A stretch of DNA of 64,000 bases from Tubiluchus corallicola (GCA_030141605.1 JAQGDQ010000081.1:434001-498000), one strand, 5' to 3'. Positions 40,739 to 54,166 are shown, counted from the stretch's first letter. The notes: generated by a model from the sequence alone, not told the origin. Numbers and translations are program-made.

Positions 40739-41182
40739 AGGAAAACCAGATGATTGTGTAAACATTAGTTCAGAATAAAGAATGCTCTAAAATATAGAAA
40801 ATAGCAATTACCTTAGATACTCAAATTTCATTAACTTTCAAAGCTACGCATGGTTCAGTGCATCTACTACTACTTGGCAGTCATCATCATGAACTGCAGT
40901 GTTACTTCTGACGTCATATGATGTAGAACCCATTTTTCGTGGCATTATGAGTTTAAACAGTACTGTAACATGCCAATGTGCTTGATGCGCAAGGGAAGAA
41001 GCCTGCCATTGCACAAACTGTGGTTAGTTTCTGACGTAAGCTCTGTTCGGTTGCCGTTAATTGACTTTCTAAGCTAATTATTCAAATATAAGGAACACTT
41101 GTTAACTTTTATATGCTAAAAATGTATATTTTGGACAGTAAATTAAAATGAGATTGATTCTAAACAATCGCCCGGTCTTCCT
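40739..41182. mobile_element. Kolobok-like non-autonomous DNA transposon between the two genes
   Basis: TTAA on both sides; imperfect TIR AGGAAAACCAGATGATTG / CAATCGCCCGGTCTTCCT with AG...CT termini. Confidence 0.68.
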
Positions 41183-41974
41183 TTAAGCGCTAGAGAGTTG
41201 AGAATACTTGCTTGGCTAACCAAGAGCTTTTCAAGGTTTTCATTTTTGTATTGTAAAATGCCTTTGTTCAATAGTCAAAGTAAGGCACTAAGCCTCTATT
41301 GCAAGAGTTAGATACCAAACGGAAGTGTTTCTGTCTTCCGGTGTAAAATTTTGATATTAATGCTCTGTCCTGGTACATCAGCCTGGCTTATTTGAAATGA
41401 CACACTCATGCAATTTTACTACCTTCTCTGTCCTATTCACAAGCCAAGCTGACATACAAACACTTTGCGGGTTTACCATAGTGCCAATATCTTTCGCTGT
41501 CTGAGATACAGAACTATCGGTGTTGTGGCAATGCTAATACGTAAGTCACCTTACTAACGGTTGATGCTAGATCATTAAACTTCGACAAAATGTTTGTGCG
41601 AAGAACAAAAGAACATTCAAAATTAACTTTCATAAAACAGATGTGTTTAGAATAAACAAAGAACAAAATTCGGGATACTTGGAAACCAGTTACACTTGTG
41701 CATTACAATAATGTTTAAGCATTAAGACAATTGAACAAGAAAACAGTAAGGGAAGAATCATTCGATTAAAGCAATTTTTATGCAATGATTGGGAGTGCAT
41801 TACTAGCAGAAATACACGAAAAATTGACTGAAAAAATGGTACATGTTACTAAACTGGGAAATTTAGTTTACGATCTACCAAGTACAAGTTGAGATAAAAG
41901 GTTTAAACAAAAACAATAAAACATCTGCAAATATAAAACGATTGGTACTTGGACGCTTCTTCGCAGACAATGAC

Positions 41975-42058
41975 CTACAACAATGATTGAGCGAGTACAG
42001 AGTCCATTACCTTAGCCGTCTCTACGAAAACGTCGTCAATTGTACCACTAGCAAGAAC
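41975..42058 (-). CDS. AK1: Adenylate kinase 1-like, last coding exon
   Basis: Minus strand tgtttcag|GTT; VLASGTIDDVFVETAKVMDSVLAQSLL*, matches the AK1 C-terminal strand/helix pattern; phase 0. Confidence 0.88.
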   Translation of the reverse strand, partial: VLASGTIDDVFVETAKVMDSVLAQSLL

Positions 42059-43034
42059 CTGAAACATAAATACTGATTCAGTAACACGTTGATGATACCA
42101 GTTATCTCGGGGGCAGTGGTCAAACGATCTGGGCCGTACTCACACTGTTCAAATCTGCTTGTCATCCGATATATTACAAGCCAGTCTTGCTTGACACTGA
42201 AAGCAATGGTCTCCCTAACCCCCCAATTTCGGGATCTGCCACCTGGCAGAAAATTTTCCCATATGCACATATTCAGCCATGCAAAGGATCTGAATCCTAT
42301 ATAGCCACAGACAAAAAACTGTGGCCCTGATATTCAATTCGAATGCCGTGAAGCAGAATCTTAATTAATGTAACGACAATGTGCACTGTCAATGCGAATG
42401 GTATTAACGCACAGCCATAGAAAATACAATACGTGACAGTAAGTAATCCTGCAAGTACATCACATCAAGCATTTCTGTGATGACGCTCCTATCTTATATA
42501 AAAAACTGTCATGTATTGACTTGAAATTAATCACTGCTGTATCACTGCAGAAATCAAAGGTATGGCATAAAGTACACAACCTAACAGTATTCACTGGACT
42601 GGACATTTCAAATCAACTCGATTCATTCCAAGAAGCTCTGAAAAATAACTTTAAGAGAGCAAAATCTGTGCCTAAACAAGAATTACTAATAACAAACAAT
42701 ATGCAAACTTACAGGATCCACTTTTACACTTTTATAGGTCACCTTTCTGGACTTTACACTTCTAAATTAATTTTTTCGTTACTTCTGATAGTTAATCAGG
42801 TTTATTCGAAACATTAAATCCAGTCAATACTGTTACGTTGCAAACATTATTCACATGTGCCATATTTACGGGTTTTTACCCGGAATAAAGTTCACCTTAC
42901 TTTTCATTTTTATGACATTAATCAGTTGTAAGCAAGTTTTGGTGAACGGTTTTAAAAATTTAAAATTCAAGTGGTTTAAAGAAGTGCACATAAACAATTC
43001 CAAGAAACACTGCATTAAAGTATGGGCAGCTTAC

Positions 43035-43220
43035 TGTTTTGGTCTTCTCTTTGTAATGAGAGGTGACAGGTAATGAGAGATCCTTGAAAGTTTGCAGCCT
43101 CTTGAGGATTGTCTGTTCATTGTCGTCGGCACGGCCACTCGATTCCCCTCTTTTCAAAAGCCTCTGCTTCATAATGTCATCTGTCACCTCGTAAAAGAGG
43201 AGGCAAGTGCAAGGACAAAT
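43035..43220 (-). CDS. AK1: Adenylate kinase exon, short LID region
   Basis: aaccag|ATT...ACA|gtaagc; RLLKRGESSGRADDNEQTILKRL. Confidence 0.96.
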
Positions 43221-43824
43221 CTGGTTAAAGAAAATTAAAATTGAGTATTTATTAAAATTTCAGTTGCATGTGAAATTACAGTTAGGCTGAAATTTGAGGA
43301 TAGAGATAACATCAAATTCAGATGAACTATAATATACTCAAATGTTCATAGACTTCAGTTGAAAATGACCCTAGCTCCGATTCTGGTTCCAATTCACTCT
43401 TTCAACTTATGTTGTACGTAAATAACTGGCAATGGCTGGTGTTGGTGGGGGGGGGGGGGGTGATGCTGCATGTGGGATGTACAAAGGTGATGCACAGTTA
43501 TACAGTAGGAGCATTGAAACATTCATTTAACATAGCAACATGGAAACTGTCTATCCCAATTTTATACAGAATACATCTCTTTATTCAAATACACAGGTTG
43601 CAACAAGACAAATCTCTCAATGTTGAATAAAACCCAATTTTACCATGAGTTATCATCTTTGCTATGCATTAGACTAGATATTCTAAAACATTGCATGACT
43701 GCCCGTCTCTCTTGCAACTGATACCAGACAGGCTCACCAGTTGGCACCAATGGACATTGTGCCACATCAAGACCTGTATTGTATTTAGCAGTTGACCACT
43801 GGTTGGTTTACAACAGCTTTACGT

Positions 43825-44495
43825 CAGGGACGTGCAGATCAGAAAATAAATAATCGGAGATCTGCAAGCAAATTAGTACATCGGAACAAATCGAATATCG
43901 GATATCACCATTTTTAACTGTCAACTGAGAACAACAGTTTGACTAAAGCGGGTGTTTCATACACGTAAAACGTATTCTCAGCTTTAAGCTCCGTACCTGT
44001 GAGGTCATTACTAATTTATCACATGTTTATTTTGCATCTGCAATTTTACATGAAACATATTTGCTAGTTATTTTTTTCACCGCGAGTCGATTTTATGTGC
44101 AATTAAAAACCCAATCGCTATCGGGAGTGAAATATGTCGTTGAGTAAATTATACAAAGCCGACTGACACTAGCAAAAATAAACTAAAGGTATTAATAATA
44201 AAATAGTAGCACAATAAACACAAAACTAGTGCACAATTTACTTTACAGAAAGACAAAAATATCATAATTATAAATGCAAAAGAAGTCAATAAGTCATCTT
44301 ATTTCCAAGCCAATGTCATAATTTTATTTTGACATCCCACAATCACAACATAAACAGTAGTTACTGTTGCAGCAGTTATAATACCATCATATCATCTCAG
44401 GTCTGATATGAGATAGGATCGGATTGGCCAACAGCAACAGGCAAAAATAATCGGTATCGGATTGAGACACAGGTTTGCATAATGGCACATCCCTG
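43825..44495. mobile_element. Non-autonomous hAT element in AK intron
   Basis: TIR CAGGGACGTGC / GCACATCCCTG; TSD CTTTACGT / CTTTATGT; ATCGG subterminal repeats. Confidence 0.85.
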
Positions 44496-44650
44496 CTTTA
44501 TGTTAAGAAAGCAGAGATTCCTCTGATTCCTTTAGAAGGTAATCATAGGAATTTTTGACTTCCTGCATTGCTCAACTTTACGAATGAAGAACTGGACGAG
44601 AACACCAAAACAGCATTTTACCAACAAGAGAAACAGATAATTTTACATGC

Positions 44651-44767
44651 CTTCTCTTCAAAACGAATTCCCTGCTCGACTTCTCTGGGATAGCCATCAA
44701 TGAGAAATCCCTTCGATTTGCTCACTTTTGCCAGCATAGCTTCTTCCAATAACTGAAGGACAGTATC
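44651..44767 (-). CDS. AK1: Adenylate kinase exon, signature motif; GC donor
   Basis: gtgcag|GAT...AAG|gcatgt; [14 protein letters not shown]. Confidence 0.95.
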
Positions 44768-45475
44768 CTGCACAAATACAAGTAAATTTGTGTTGCACTA
44801 ATCTGTGCCTTGAATTTTGCTGACAGCACAACATTAAGGCTCTTCTAATAAGGAGCTGGAAACAGTGCAATAACAAAATCTAAAATTGTAATTTAAGCAA
44901 GTTCATTCTAACATGCATGCAAAGCTGGAGAATATCAGTCCAGTTACTTAGCAAATAATTAAATTGGCTGTTATTAATGTAAATCTGCTAGGACAAAACA
45001 GGCAACTATATCTTACAGGAAAAAATTAGCTGATCATCTTTCTTTCATTAATAGGTAGTTTATTAATAAGTTTAAGTCTTGTTAACGACATCTTCTTTAG
45101 TCTATAATTGAAATATTCCCTTCAATTTCATAATGTTTGAAAATAATATAATATTTTATAATATGGAAAAAAGTGACTAAACTGTGATTTAGTCTCTCCT
45201 TCTGAAATAAACTATGTATAAAATGAATTTATGATAAAGTGGAATGACCACAAGTGTGTGAAACTACAGCATTGGCTATTAATGATAACAATTTTTGTTG
45301 TCTTTGGTGTAGCATGCGTGTTTGCTGTCAAAAGCACCTTAAAGACTAGCCTTAAATGTGGTAAACTAACTAAATAATTCTTCCTACATTGCCATGTAAT
45401 GCTAAAGAACACACTTTCATATTTACAAGATATTCACAAAGAGGCGCAGTTAACGTAAAAAGTTGGAAAGCTTAC

Positions 45476-45564
45476 CAGTGGGACCAGTTCCCCCTTTTCC
45501 ATGATAGCAGAAAGTTGTTTACCGCGGTCCGATCCGGATTCCACTTCTGCTCTTAACAGATCAC
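45476..45564 (-). CDS. AK1: Adenylate kinase exon, NMP-binding domain
   Basis: ttaaaag|GT...CTG|gtaagc; [30 protein letters not shown]. Confidence 0.95.
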
Positions 45565-47098
45565 CTTTTAACAAAAAAGAAAAAGAACTGATAAAAAAAA
45601 TTAAATCTAATCCCCAATTCACATCTTCACACATCCAATTACTTTTCAACAACTTGTACGAAAACATTCTTCCAAAATATACAAGTTATCATACAGATCT
45701 CAAAGTTTTACCAAAGCCTTTCTTTTTTTGTAGAAAACAGTGAAAGCAAGTTCAAAAGCACTGACATTTAAATAGTTTGTGAGTCATTGAGTCTGTTTGA
45801 CTTCTGCAACAAAATAACACATTTGTAAACCTTGCAGCTAGTATAACTGACTTTGCAGCTTCTATTTCAGTCCTTGCAAAATGTCGCGTCGACACTTACA
45901 TTTGCACAAGAGGAAACATGGCCACAAAAAACATGTGATGCTACAGACAAGTCTTGCAACCTTTGACGAAAGCAATTAACAGCAAGAGTGCATTTTGCTC
46001 ACTTAAAAGCTTTCTAAAAAAATCAACTTAATAAAGTAAGTTAAATATTACTGGTGCCCACATTCAATTTATTTCCAAATAACACAAAAACCAGATTTAC
46101 TAATCAGGGTAACATGATGATGATTAATAATATACTTGTTCATATTATTAAGAATTGTCTACTTATTAGTTCACAAACAACCGAATTTCAAAGTGTTTGT
46201 AACAAGTCAGTATACTACTTCAGATTTGTACAAAAAGCCAAGAAAACGAGTTACACACAAACAATTTTTAAAGTCAGTGAAACAGCTTGTTAAATTATTA
46301 ATATTAACTTCCAAATTCAACCCAATTTTTTAAGTTCATTCAAAATGGCCTGTTTACAGATCTAAAATGTTGGCAAAAAATTTACGAACATGAAACGCTT
46401 ACGATCTTCATTGAAAACTGATCGACATACGTATGCTTGCAGAGCAGAAATGTCCATAAGTCGGCAAATAAGCTTTTCTAATTAATCACATATCTTAAAT
46501 ATCATTTTATACAAAATTTATCGCTCTATGTTATTTCTAGCTGAAATAATCCATGTTCAAATTGAAGTGTACACCGCACACTGAAAAACATAATCCTGAG
46601 AAAATTTCTATTAAAGTTTGCCATTGTTTTGCTCCGTCTCTACAATAACACCTTAGTAACCATATTAAATAGTTGTTGCTATGGACTTTGCCAGAGCACA
46701 TTAAAGTTATGTTTACATTCAATAGCATGAAGATGAAGATTTGCGCTTGGCAACAAAAAAAAAAGAGCATTAAAATTTTAGTGCCTTCTGGCGACCTTTC
46801 ATGTTAGAATATAAAGTCTAAAATGTTTAGCATTTGTTTTTGTAACAAACAAAAATTGATATTTGATCCAATTTTCGGTGCATTCTACTTTAAAGCGTCA
46901 CAACGTGGTCTTAAATGTGCTGACTTGTAGAGGATTTGGTTTACAAGCACACAAATTGTTCCAAAGAAAAATATAAATGGCAGCTATGTAAAAATTTTTG
47001 GACTGTAATGTCTGGCAACCTGCTCGTGCATAACCTACTAGCCTCTACTCACACTGGCAGTCAAATCATGCTCTGCACATGCTTAAGGTAAATAACTA

Positions 47099-47248
<150 letters not shown>

Positions 47249-47828
47249 TCAAATATCATCGTATTGGTTTTCAGTAACAAAGTACTTGTTGCGCAGTGTG
47301 TACACTAATACACTATTGTGTATCACATGTATTGGTCCAAGGGCTAATAATAGCAAATTCTGCTGTATAACTAGTACATACCCAATAAAATCATCTGATA
47401 TTAATTAATTCTCTATGATTAATTGCAGGTCATAGACAATCTTGCAGTTGTCCTAGGAAAAAATAATCCCACGCGTTTTCAGTAATATGTGAAAATTTAC
47501 ACATACAGAAGCGTAGTTACAGAATATAATGCAGTATATTGATTTATGAATGCTTACATTACTTGCAACAAAATTAATGGAAAGCATGAAAACAGCAACA
47601 GCAAAAAGCTGCAGAACTCTTTGGCAGTTTTTTTACTCAAAACACATGCAATGTGAACATACAAAGCTACTTCGTTTCTGTAGAAAATGCTGGACCTTTG
47701 ACCTGGACTGAAATCTTTTAAAACAGAAAACCTGTGCAGGCATTTCATGGTTACAACGCTCACAGGAATTATTTTCTTAGAAACACTATTGTGATCAATA
47801 CGTTATTTATAGCTGAAAAATACTGTAC

Positions 47829-47912
47829 CAATGACAAACACGATCGGCACTTTGGCTTTGCGAAGAGCATGGGGATCTGTTGTTGCCGGCATGTTGATTG
47901 CTTCTGATGCTG
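47829..47912 (-). CDS. AK1: Adenylate kinase exon with ATG at 47892 (short isoform start)
   Basis: ttttcag|CAG (NAGNAG acceptor)...ATTG|gtacag; (ASEAIN)MPATTDPHALRKAKVPIVFVI; frame open upstream of the ATG. Confidence 0.92.
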
Positions 47913-49423
47913 CTGAAAATGTAAAAAAACATTGACTTAATTATACATTGGTTTGTTTAAGTCAAAATTTTAGAGGCAACAGCTTGTACTGCTTCTTTTT
48001 TTGCGTCTTCTGCTTCTGCGTCAATAGATAATAGACTTAATACATTTTTCAGTGTTCACAGTGTTGGCGTTGCCATCTAATAACATCGTTACTAAACTAA
48101 ATGAAGCTAGTATGCTTAACATATTTTATACGTATTGGGTGCATTTATACATGTAATTTATTACACTGTAATATTAAGCAAATATTATTACAATTCTATT
48201 CACGATTCCAAGAAATGAAAATGACATGCCACTGGCTACACATTTAACAGTGACATACTTCCATCTCTCTCTAACTAAAGTTATATAACATTCAAATCAA
48301 TTATATATATGTTACATTTATTAATTTAGTAACCTCATTAAACATAATTAATAAACAACTAGAAGAACAAATTAGAAAACAATTAGACATAATTATTTTT
48401 CAGCAATTTCTTTCTCTCTAATGTGGGTTTTTGTTCAGCACCAGAAATTCAGCCCACCCAGCAAGAGGAGGCAAAATGTACAACCTTGTTGACAGGCCAC
48501 AGCCCCAACAAAGAAGCTATAGTTCAACAATTTTTCTTTTTGGAATGTTTGGAAATGAACTGCACATCGGTAGTGGTATTCTCCTTGGCAAGGCCTTAGA
48601 ACAAATGCCCTCCAATTGGTGTTTAGTTTCAAGAAACTGGCTCCATTACTTAGTTCATACGGTACAGTAAATAATAAATATGTAGATGGGAGTAGTTGAA
48701 CAGCTCTGTCGGGTTTTAGGTTTTTGGATTCTGTGCTATATTCGGAAACACCGGCATGCAGTTAGTAGTAATCCAGAAGCCCTTGGTGCATGTGCAACTG
48801 TATTTCCAGCATCTAATCTTGAAAAGCTCTGGCTTAAATTTACACTGTATGCTTTTCTGAACCTCACTCAGAATGGAGTAAAAAAATTATAAAAAAAAAC
48901 TAAAAAAAAGATAAGTACTGCCATCTTCAAGTAACTCTGAAAATGAGTGAAAGTTTCTCTAAATTTCTTTTCTTTCTGTTCTGGCTTAAAGACCAGCACA
49001 CATCGTCAAAAAACAGCAGCAGAAAATAAATCTAATGCAAAGAAATAAAAAGTTAGATACCGGCGAAGTATTCTGATCAGTACAACAAACTTCTAACTAC
49101 AGCTATTATTGATCTTTCTGCAGTAATTATTTTGTTGTTAGTAATATATCTCTATATAGAAAAGGAACTTCACCAAGGCATTTGAGGAGCTTACTGCTTA
49201 AAGATTACTTCAAGCCTACATAATGCTAATTAATACAGCTATGTACTAATATAAATATTAAGTGTGAGCAGCGTTTTGTGAACACTAATGGACTTCATGT
49301 TTAAAAAAGGCCCATAAACATGGCTAACCCAATGTACAGTTAACATTTAGTACAAAACTACATAAGACGAAATTATTGATCAACTCAATTATTTTCATGA
49401 CAAATTGTTAGTAGGTTAGTTAC

Positions 49424-49543
49424 CAGCTTTGTCTAACTCCTTCGAATAAGGTAAGTTCACTAAATCAGGATCAGTTGTTTTAATGTCTTTGGTCCGTGCA
49501 TGAGGTTCTACAGCTGGCTCTTTTACAGGGGTAGGTCCAGATC
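49424..49543 (-). CDS. Putative AK N-terminal cassette exon (120 nt)
   Basis: ttttgctgatcag|GA...CTG|gtaact; phase 1-1, open: SGPTPVKEPAVEPHARTKDIKTTDPDLVNLPYSKELDKA. Confidence 0.65.
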
Positions 49544-50479
49544 CTGATCAGCAAAAGCACAGAAAGTAAAATTCATATGAGAAGAATAATAAAAGAGTAT
49601 TGTATGACAACCATGCAATGAAAGATTGACCAGTCTACAATTGAGTATAACACACCTGCCGAGGTAAATTTAATGTTGGTTTGTAAAAGGTAATGTTTAA
49701 GTGGCAAATGCTTCTATCAGCCTATGAAGTTCGTATATGTTTGTTAATTTGTCAGGGCAACTTTAGTGACCGGCAGGAATTTTAAGTTTAACAAGAAATT
49801 ATAGTAGATATTTTCACATACGTGATAAAGGGAAGACGTAAATGTAAAGTGAACATGGAAGCTCACTGGGCTAAATGTTGTGTGGACTCAAAATCACGCA
49901 AATATCTTAAATAAGAAGTAGATTTACATGTGTACTAGTGCAAAAATGCTTTAGCAAACTTACATGTTTCAATGTATATGTAAAACGTGTTATACTTCTA
50001 CAAATGACATCCATCTTATTGAAGCGAGGGTCATTCTATTAACTCTGTGCAGCCCCAACGGGAGTGAAAGTGACTAAATTACTACATACATTTTCCCGAA
50101 GATGGAGACATTTTGCGACAATGTAGTGTGTACAGCACATTTGCAAGGGACAGTAATTAATGACAGAAAGCAGGCCTATTGATCAAAAAGTACAATAAAC
50201 AGCACACAGTAAAGGAAACATGCAGGAATCCATATTGCACACATTAATCACGGCCTGTGTCAGGACCAAATCAGATTCATAATTTTCGGCATGTTTTCAT
50301 AATTTAATACAAAGTGTCACTAGCTTTACAACGAGAAGATACAGAAAATATATTTAGGCAATGAAGACTCAAACTTACAATTGAGTAACGAAGCAAGTAT
50401 TGCAAAAATAATTAGGGTACATTTTTAGGAAGAGAAAGTTGCATGAAATGAAAAGCATGCACAAAATTAAGAATTCTAC

Positions 50480-50507
50480 CTGCGTTTTCGCTGGTACTCT
50501 CTTGTTT
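50480..50507 (-). CDS. Putative AK N-terminal microexon (28 nt)
   Basis: ttcttatttccag|AAA...GCAG|gtagaa; KQESTSENA, phase 0 to 1, compatible with downstream exons. Confidence 0.6.
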
Positions 50508-51499
50508 CTGGAAATAAGAAATGGTTTAAGAACTTTAATAAAAATGTAATTATCCTTGTCACATTGTTAATTGGCATTTGTTGGCCTATTTCAATACAGT
50601 CAGCTATTAAATATTAACACATCTTTACGCAAACAATAATTTAAAGTCGCAATTAAATTCTAAATTTAAAAATGACTTCACACGTAGATTGCACATACAC
50701 TGTACATGTAGTCTTGAATTATTCACAACAGTTTTATGGTTTGACACGCAAACATGAGTTAGTATGCAAGAAAACGTTTTTGTGTTAGTCACAATTTAGT
50801 AATATATTACTCCCACAACTATTTAAAATTAAATTTAAATAAATCAACAAATCAATTAATAATCCAAGTCTCAGTGCACCAAATATCAGGAATTAAGATT
50901 GCTTTATGAATGGGTAAGTGAAAATAAAATCAGAAAACAGGACAATTCATTTTAGCATTTGTTTTGAGTTTTCTTATTTTTTTTCTAACAGAGTCACGAA
51001 AATCGTGGACAATGAAGTCAATGGTGATAAATCAAGCAGCTGTAGAATAATGTAAAGTTAATGATAATAGAAATGTGCAACAAACTATGCCAGGCATACA
51101 CACAAAGCATTGAAATAAGCACATGCTGACCTTTGCTTCAAAATTTCTACAGTGTGGGCCAAAAGTCTTGTTTTCAATTCACAAAAGTAGCTAGTAGCGC
51201 CAAATGATTTTAAATTAGCCATTTTACTTAATTTTCATATTTTTAAAACTCATTATAATCTCTCCCATGTGATAAACTATCTAACACTGATGAAGGATGT
51301 GATACATTATGTACAGCAAAAGAAAACATCTGGAACTTACATGCAGAATCATGCCTAACAAATGAAATGTTCATAGCTGATCTAACACAGAACAGACAAC
51401 ACAAGAACACGTTAAAATTATCCAACCAAGTCAGAATAACTAACTTTGTACAACTGTCAGAGGAATAAGGTGAAGAAACTAGGCAAGACTATACATAGC

Positions 51500-51533
<34 letters not shown>

Positions 51534-51602
51534 ATGTAACAAAACAGCATACTAGCATTACAATCAATGCAGGATAGTGCAGTAAGTTTTACAGCAACTT
51601 AC

Positions 51603-51650
51603 AGAGTGAGAAGCAGAGGACACAAAAGACATCTTTTTGCTTCTGCTGAG
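51603..51650 (-). CDS. Putative AK N-terminal small exon (48 nt; alternative CAG acceptor would start at 51645)
   Basis: Branch-like aactaat, pyrimidine tract, tcaaag|CTC...TCT|gtaagt; LSRSKKMSFVSSASHS. Confidence 0.45.
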
Positions 51651-52442
51651 CTTTGAAATGAAGGGTGAAACTTTAAGTGACATTAGTTATGACAGATGAC
51701 TTAACTGTCCGACATAATTAAAATTATAGTTAGTCAAACTGCAACACATTTATCTCAGCTACCTTCTAGCCTATTAAGCAGACTAACCACTAATAATTTC
51801 TAAGGTGTGTTTTAAATTGAAAATCCTATAGTAAATTCATTGCTCTCATGAATTCTCAAGCTTGATTATTTGTACATTGTTAAATAAACTCTTTACATAG
51901 ATAGATATTAAAAATAAATGCCCAAGTATCTTGGCATGTGTTTTTGAATTTATTCCATCATTGTAGTATTTGTGCAGGAGAGAACATTTCAGTAGTCATA
52001 AAACTGCTTAGGCACGGCTTAGGCATGGAAACACTGCCTAAGTGTGAGGCTACAACAGAGATTTCTGCATTTGCACCATGCTTAAACTTACAGGCTCTAT
52101 AGAAATTAAGTATGTCATTTGAAATACCATTGTCCAGAACTATAGTGGCATTCAATCATGAAACCTCGCTTCTGCTTTCAGAAATTACACTGATACACAG
52201 CTTAGTATCGATTTATTAAATTCCTACAACTCTCATATTTGAATTGAATTTTATTGGCACAGACCTGCCTAGCCTGTCATACTCTGATGCCCGTGAAACA
52301 ATAAATAAGCAAATGTCACACATTTTAAACCAAACACCGATTTTATCATTGTTTACCTACCTTATATATAGCTTTATATAATTTTGATTTCAACGACCAT
52401 ACAGTAAGTATCTAGAGCAACCTGAAGTCATTAGACCTAACC

Positions 52443-53326
52443 CAGAGGTGTGCAAATTATCTGACTAGTCGGGCCACATTAAACTTTTTCTGCGGGCCGC
52501 ATGCAGTTTTGTCAAGGTGCCAACAACAGTAGGACCTAATAACGATTTTTTTGCACCCGATCTATGCACATCATTACTACTACACTACTACACTCAAGAA
52601 AACTATGTTAGAAGTTATTAAAATTTATATTAAAAACCAAAGATTTAAATTTTCATGTCAGCTAGCGGTAATTTCATTACAATGCGTATCACACAGTCGG
52701 TGTAGTACAGTGCATATTAATCTGTCTTGACTTGATGTTCTTCTTCAATCTTCCTTTTTCTCTTATCCATGTTGCTGGCTACTTACCAATGGATCTGCCA
52801 AATCATCTACTTGATTATAGTAGGTAGATCATTTTGACTTGGTTATTTTATAATTTCATTTACAATTTATTTTGTAAAATAACAAAGCCAAAATGATAAA
52901 CCTGCTATGACCAAGAAGACAACTGGGCCGATCATCAGGCCTGATAACAGAAGCCTAGAGATTGGCTGGATGGTCTCCCTACCAGCCAATCAGATCGCTT
53001 CTCGCATTTGTTGCATATTTGAGTGTTTCAATGGCGGCTTCCGTGGTAGTTTACTGTGTTCTGTGATTACATCGCTTTTTGCGTTCCAAGTGAGCAACGT
53101 GAAATTTCACCATGTCTGACAGTGACAATAAGAAGTAACCGTCTTGTTAACGCCATACGATCTAGTGGAAAAAACTTTCTGCACTATCTTTCTGATCGTA
53201 GAGCGGACTTTAGCTGGATACATGCGACTCAATTCATCACCAGGGCCGCACTTTCATTAGGTTGAAAACTTCTTTGCGGGCCACAACAGCTCTCTCAGCG
53301 CATAGGCCGCAGTTTGCACACCCCTG
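52443..53326. mobile_element. Non-autonomous hAT (Charlie-like) element
   Basis: TIR CAGAGGTGTGCAAA / TTTGCACACCCCTG; perfect 8-bp TSD ACCTAACC; GCGGGCCGCA-type subterminal motifs. Confidence 0.9.
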
Positions 53327-53585
53327 ACCTAACCCATTTTTACTTTACCCTGCAATACTTGACATTGTAAAGTAAAATTACACCGTCAGCTCAATAATAC
53401 GATGTAACAATTATGCATATAGAAATGTAGTAATTATATAGTGAAAAATCATTTGTTTTTAATAAACTAATTAGGTTACATCACATGACTCAAATGAAAA
53501 ACTGAAACTCATTAAATATCTAACAAGTAATGAAGTATAATAAATAACAGATTCAGGAAGAACACCATTGGACTCTTACTCTTAC

Positions 53586-53721
53586 CCTTAGGAAGCATTT
53601 AAGCCGAAATACATCGAATGTAGGAGAATGCATCGATAGGGGACTCTGCCCGCCCTCTGATGACACCCTCTAGTCGAATTTGCGGAATCTTACTCATTTT
53701 GTTCTGTACCCCTTGGTAGTT
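53586..53721 (-). other. Putative alternative 5' exon of AK; ATG at 53633 gives MHSPTFDVFRLKCFLR ending in phase 0
   Basis: gttcag| acceptor, AGG|gtaaga donor; a further donor (tag|gtaggt) at 53790 closes a GC-richer leader-like region. Confidence 0.4.
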
Positions 53722-54166
53722 CTGAACATTCACTTTATTAAGGCTTCAAGAAAAGAAATACAATTAAATTGTTTGCGTTTTGAAACCTACCTAAAAGAAG
53801 TTTTCCGGAGTTTTATTTTGCTTAAATGAAGACGAAACCGGCATTCAACAGAGAAAATAGCAATGTCTAAAACAACACGAACCGACGAAGCCAGCACCTC
53901 CCAGAAAAGTGAGGCGAGTTCACTCAGCTCAGAAAAGCGACACCAGAAAGCGCAAAAACGCTGCTGCTGAAAATCTAATGAAAAAGGCGCTGTTACAACG
54001 ACCAACACAACTTGAATTAGGGGATATAATAAGAGGATTGTGCTTAAAAATTGCTTATTCGTTGTGTGACGGCATAACTAGTTGTGCAGAAAAACGTCAG
54101 ATTTTTTATTTTGTGTATTAACAAAGTGAAGTTATAGATTTAAGTGACTAAAAATAACTCATTCAT

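Noticed and set aside
42713-42761. Minus-strand exon-like segment in last AK intron (KCKVQKGDL*)
   Set aside because: Weak acceptor, premature stop, no AK similarity; the true C-terminal exon is 42058-41975.
47990-48015. Minus-strand microexon reading EAEDAKKEA
   Set aside because: Only available GT donor gives a phase incompatible with the next AK exon.
48919-48936. Minus-strand 18-nt phase 1-1 microexon (ELLEDG)
   Set aside because: Good acceptor but very weak donor (gtactt); not supportable without reads.
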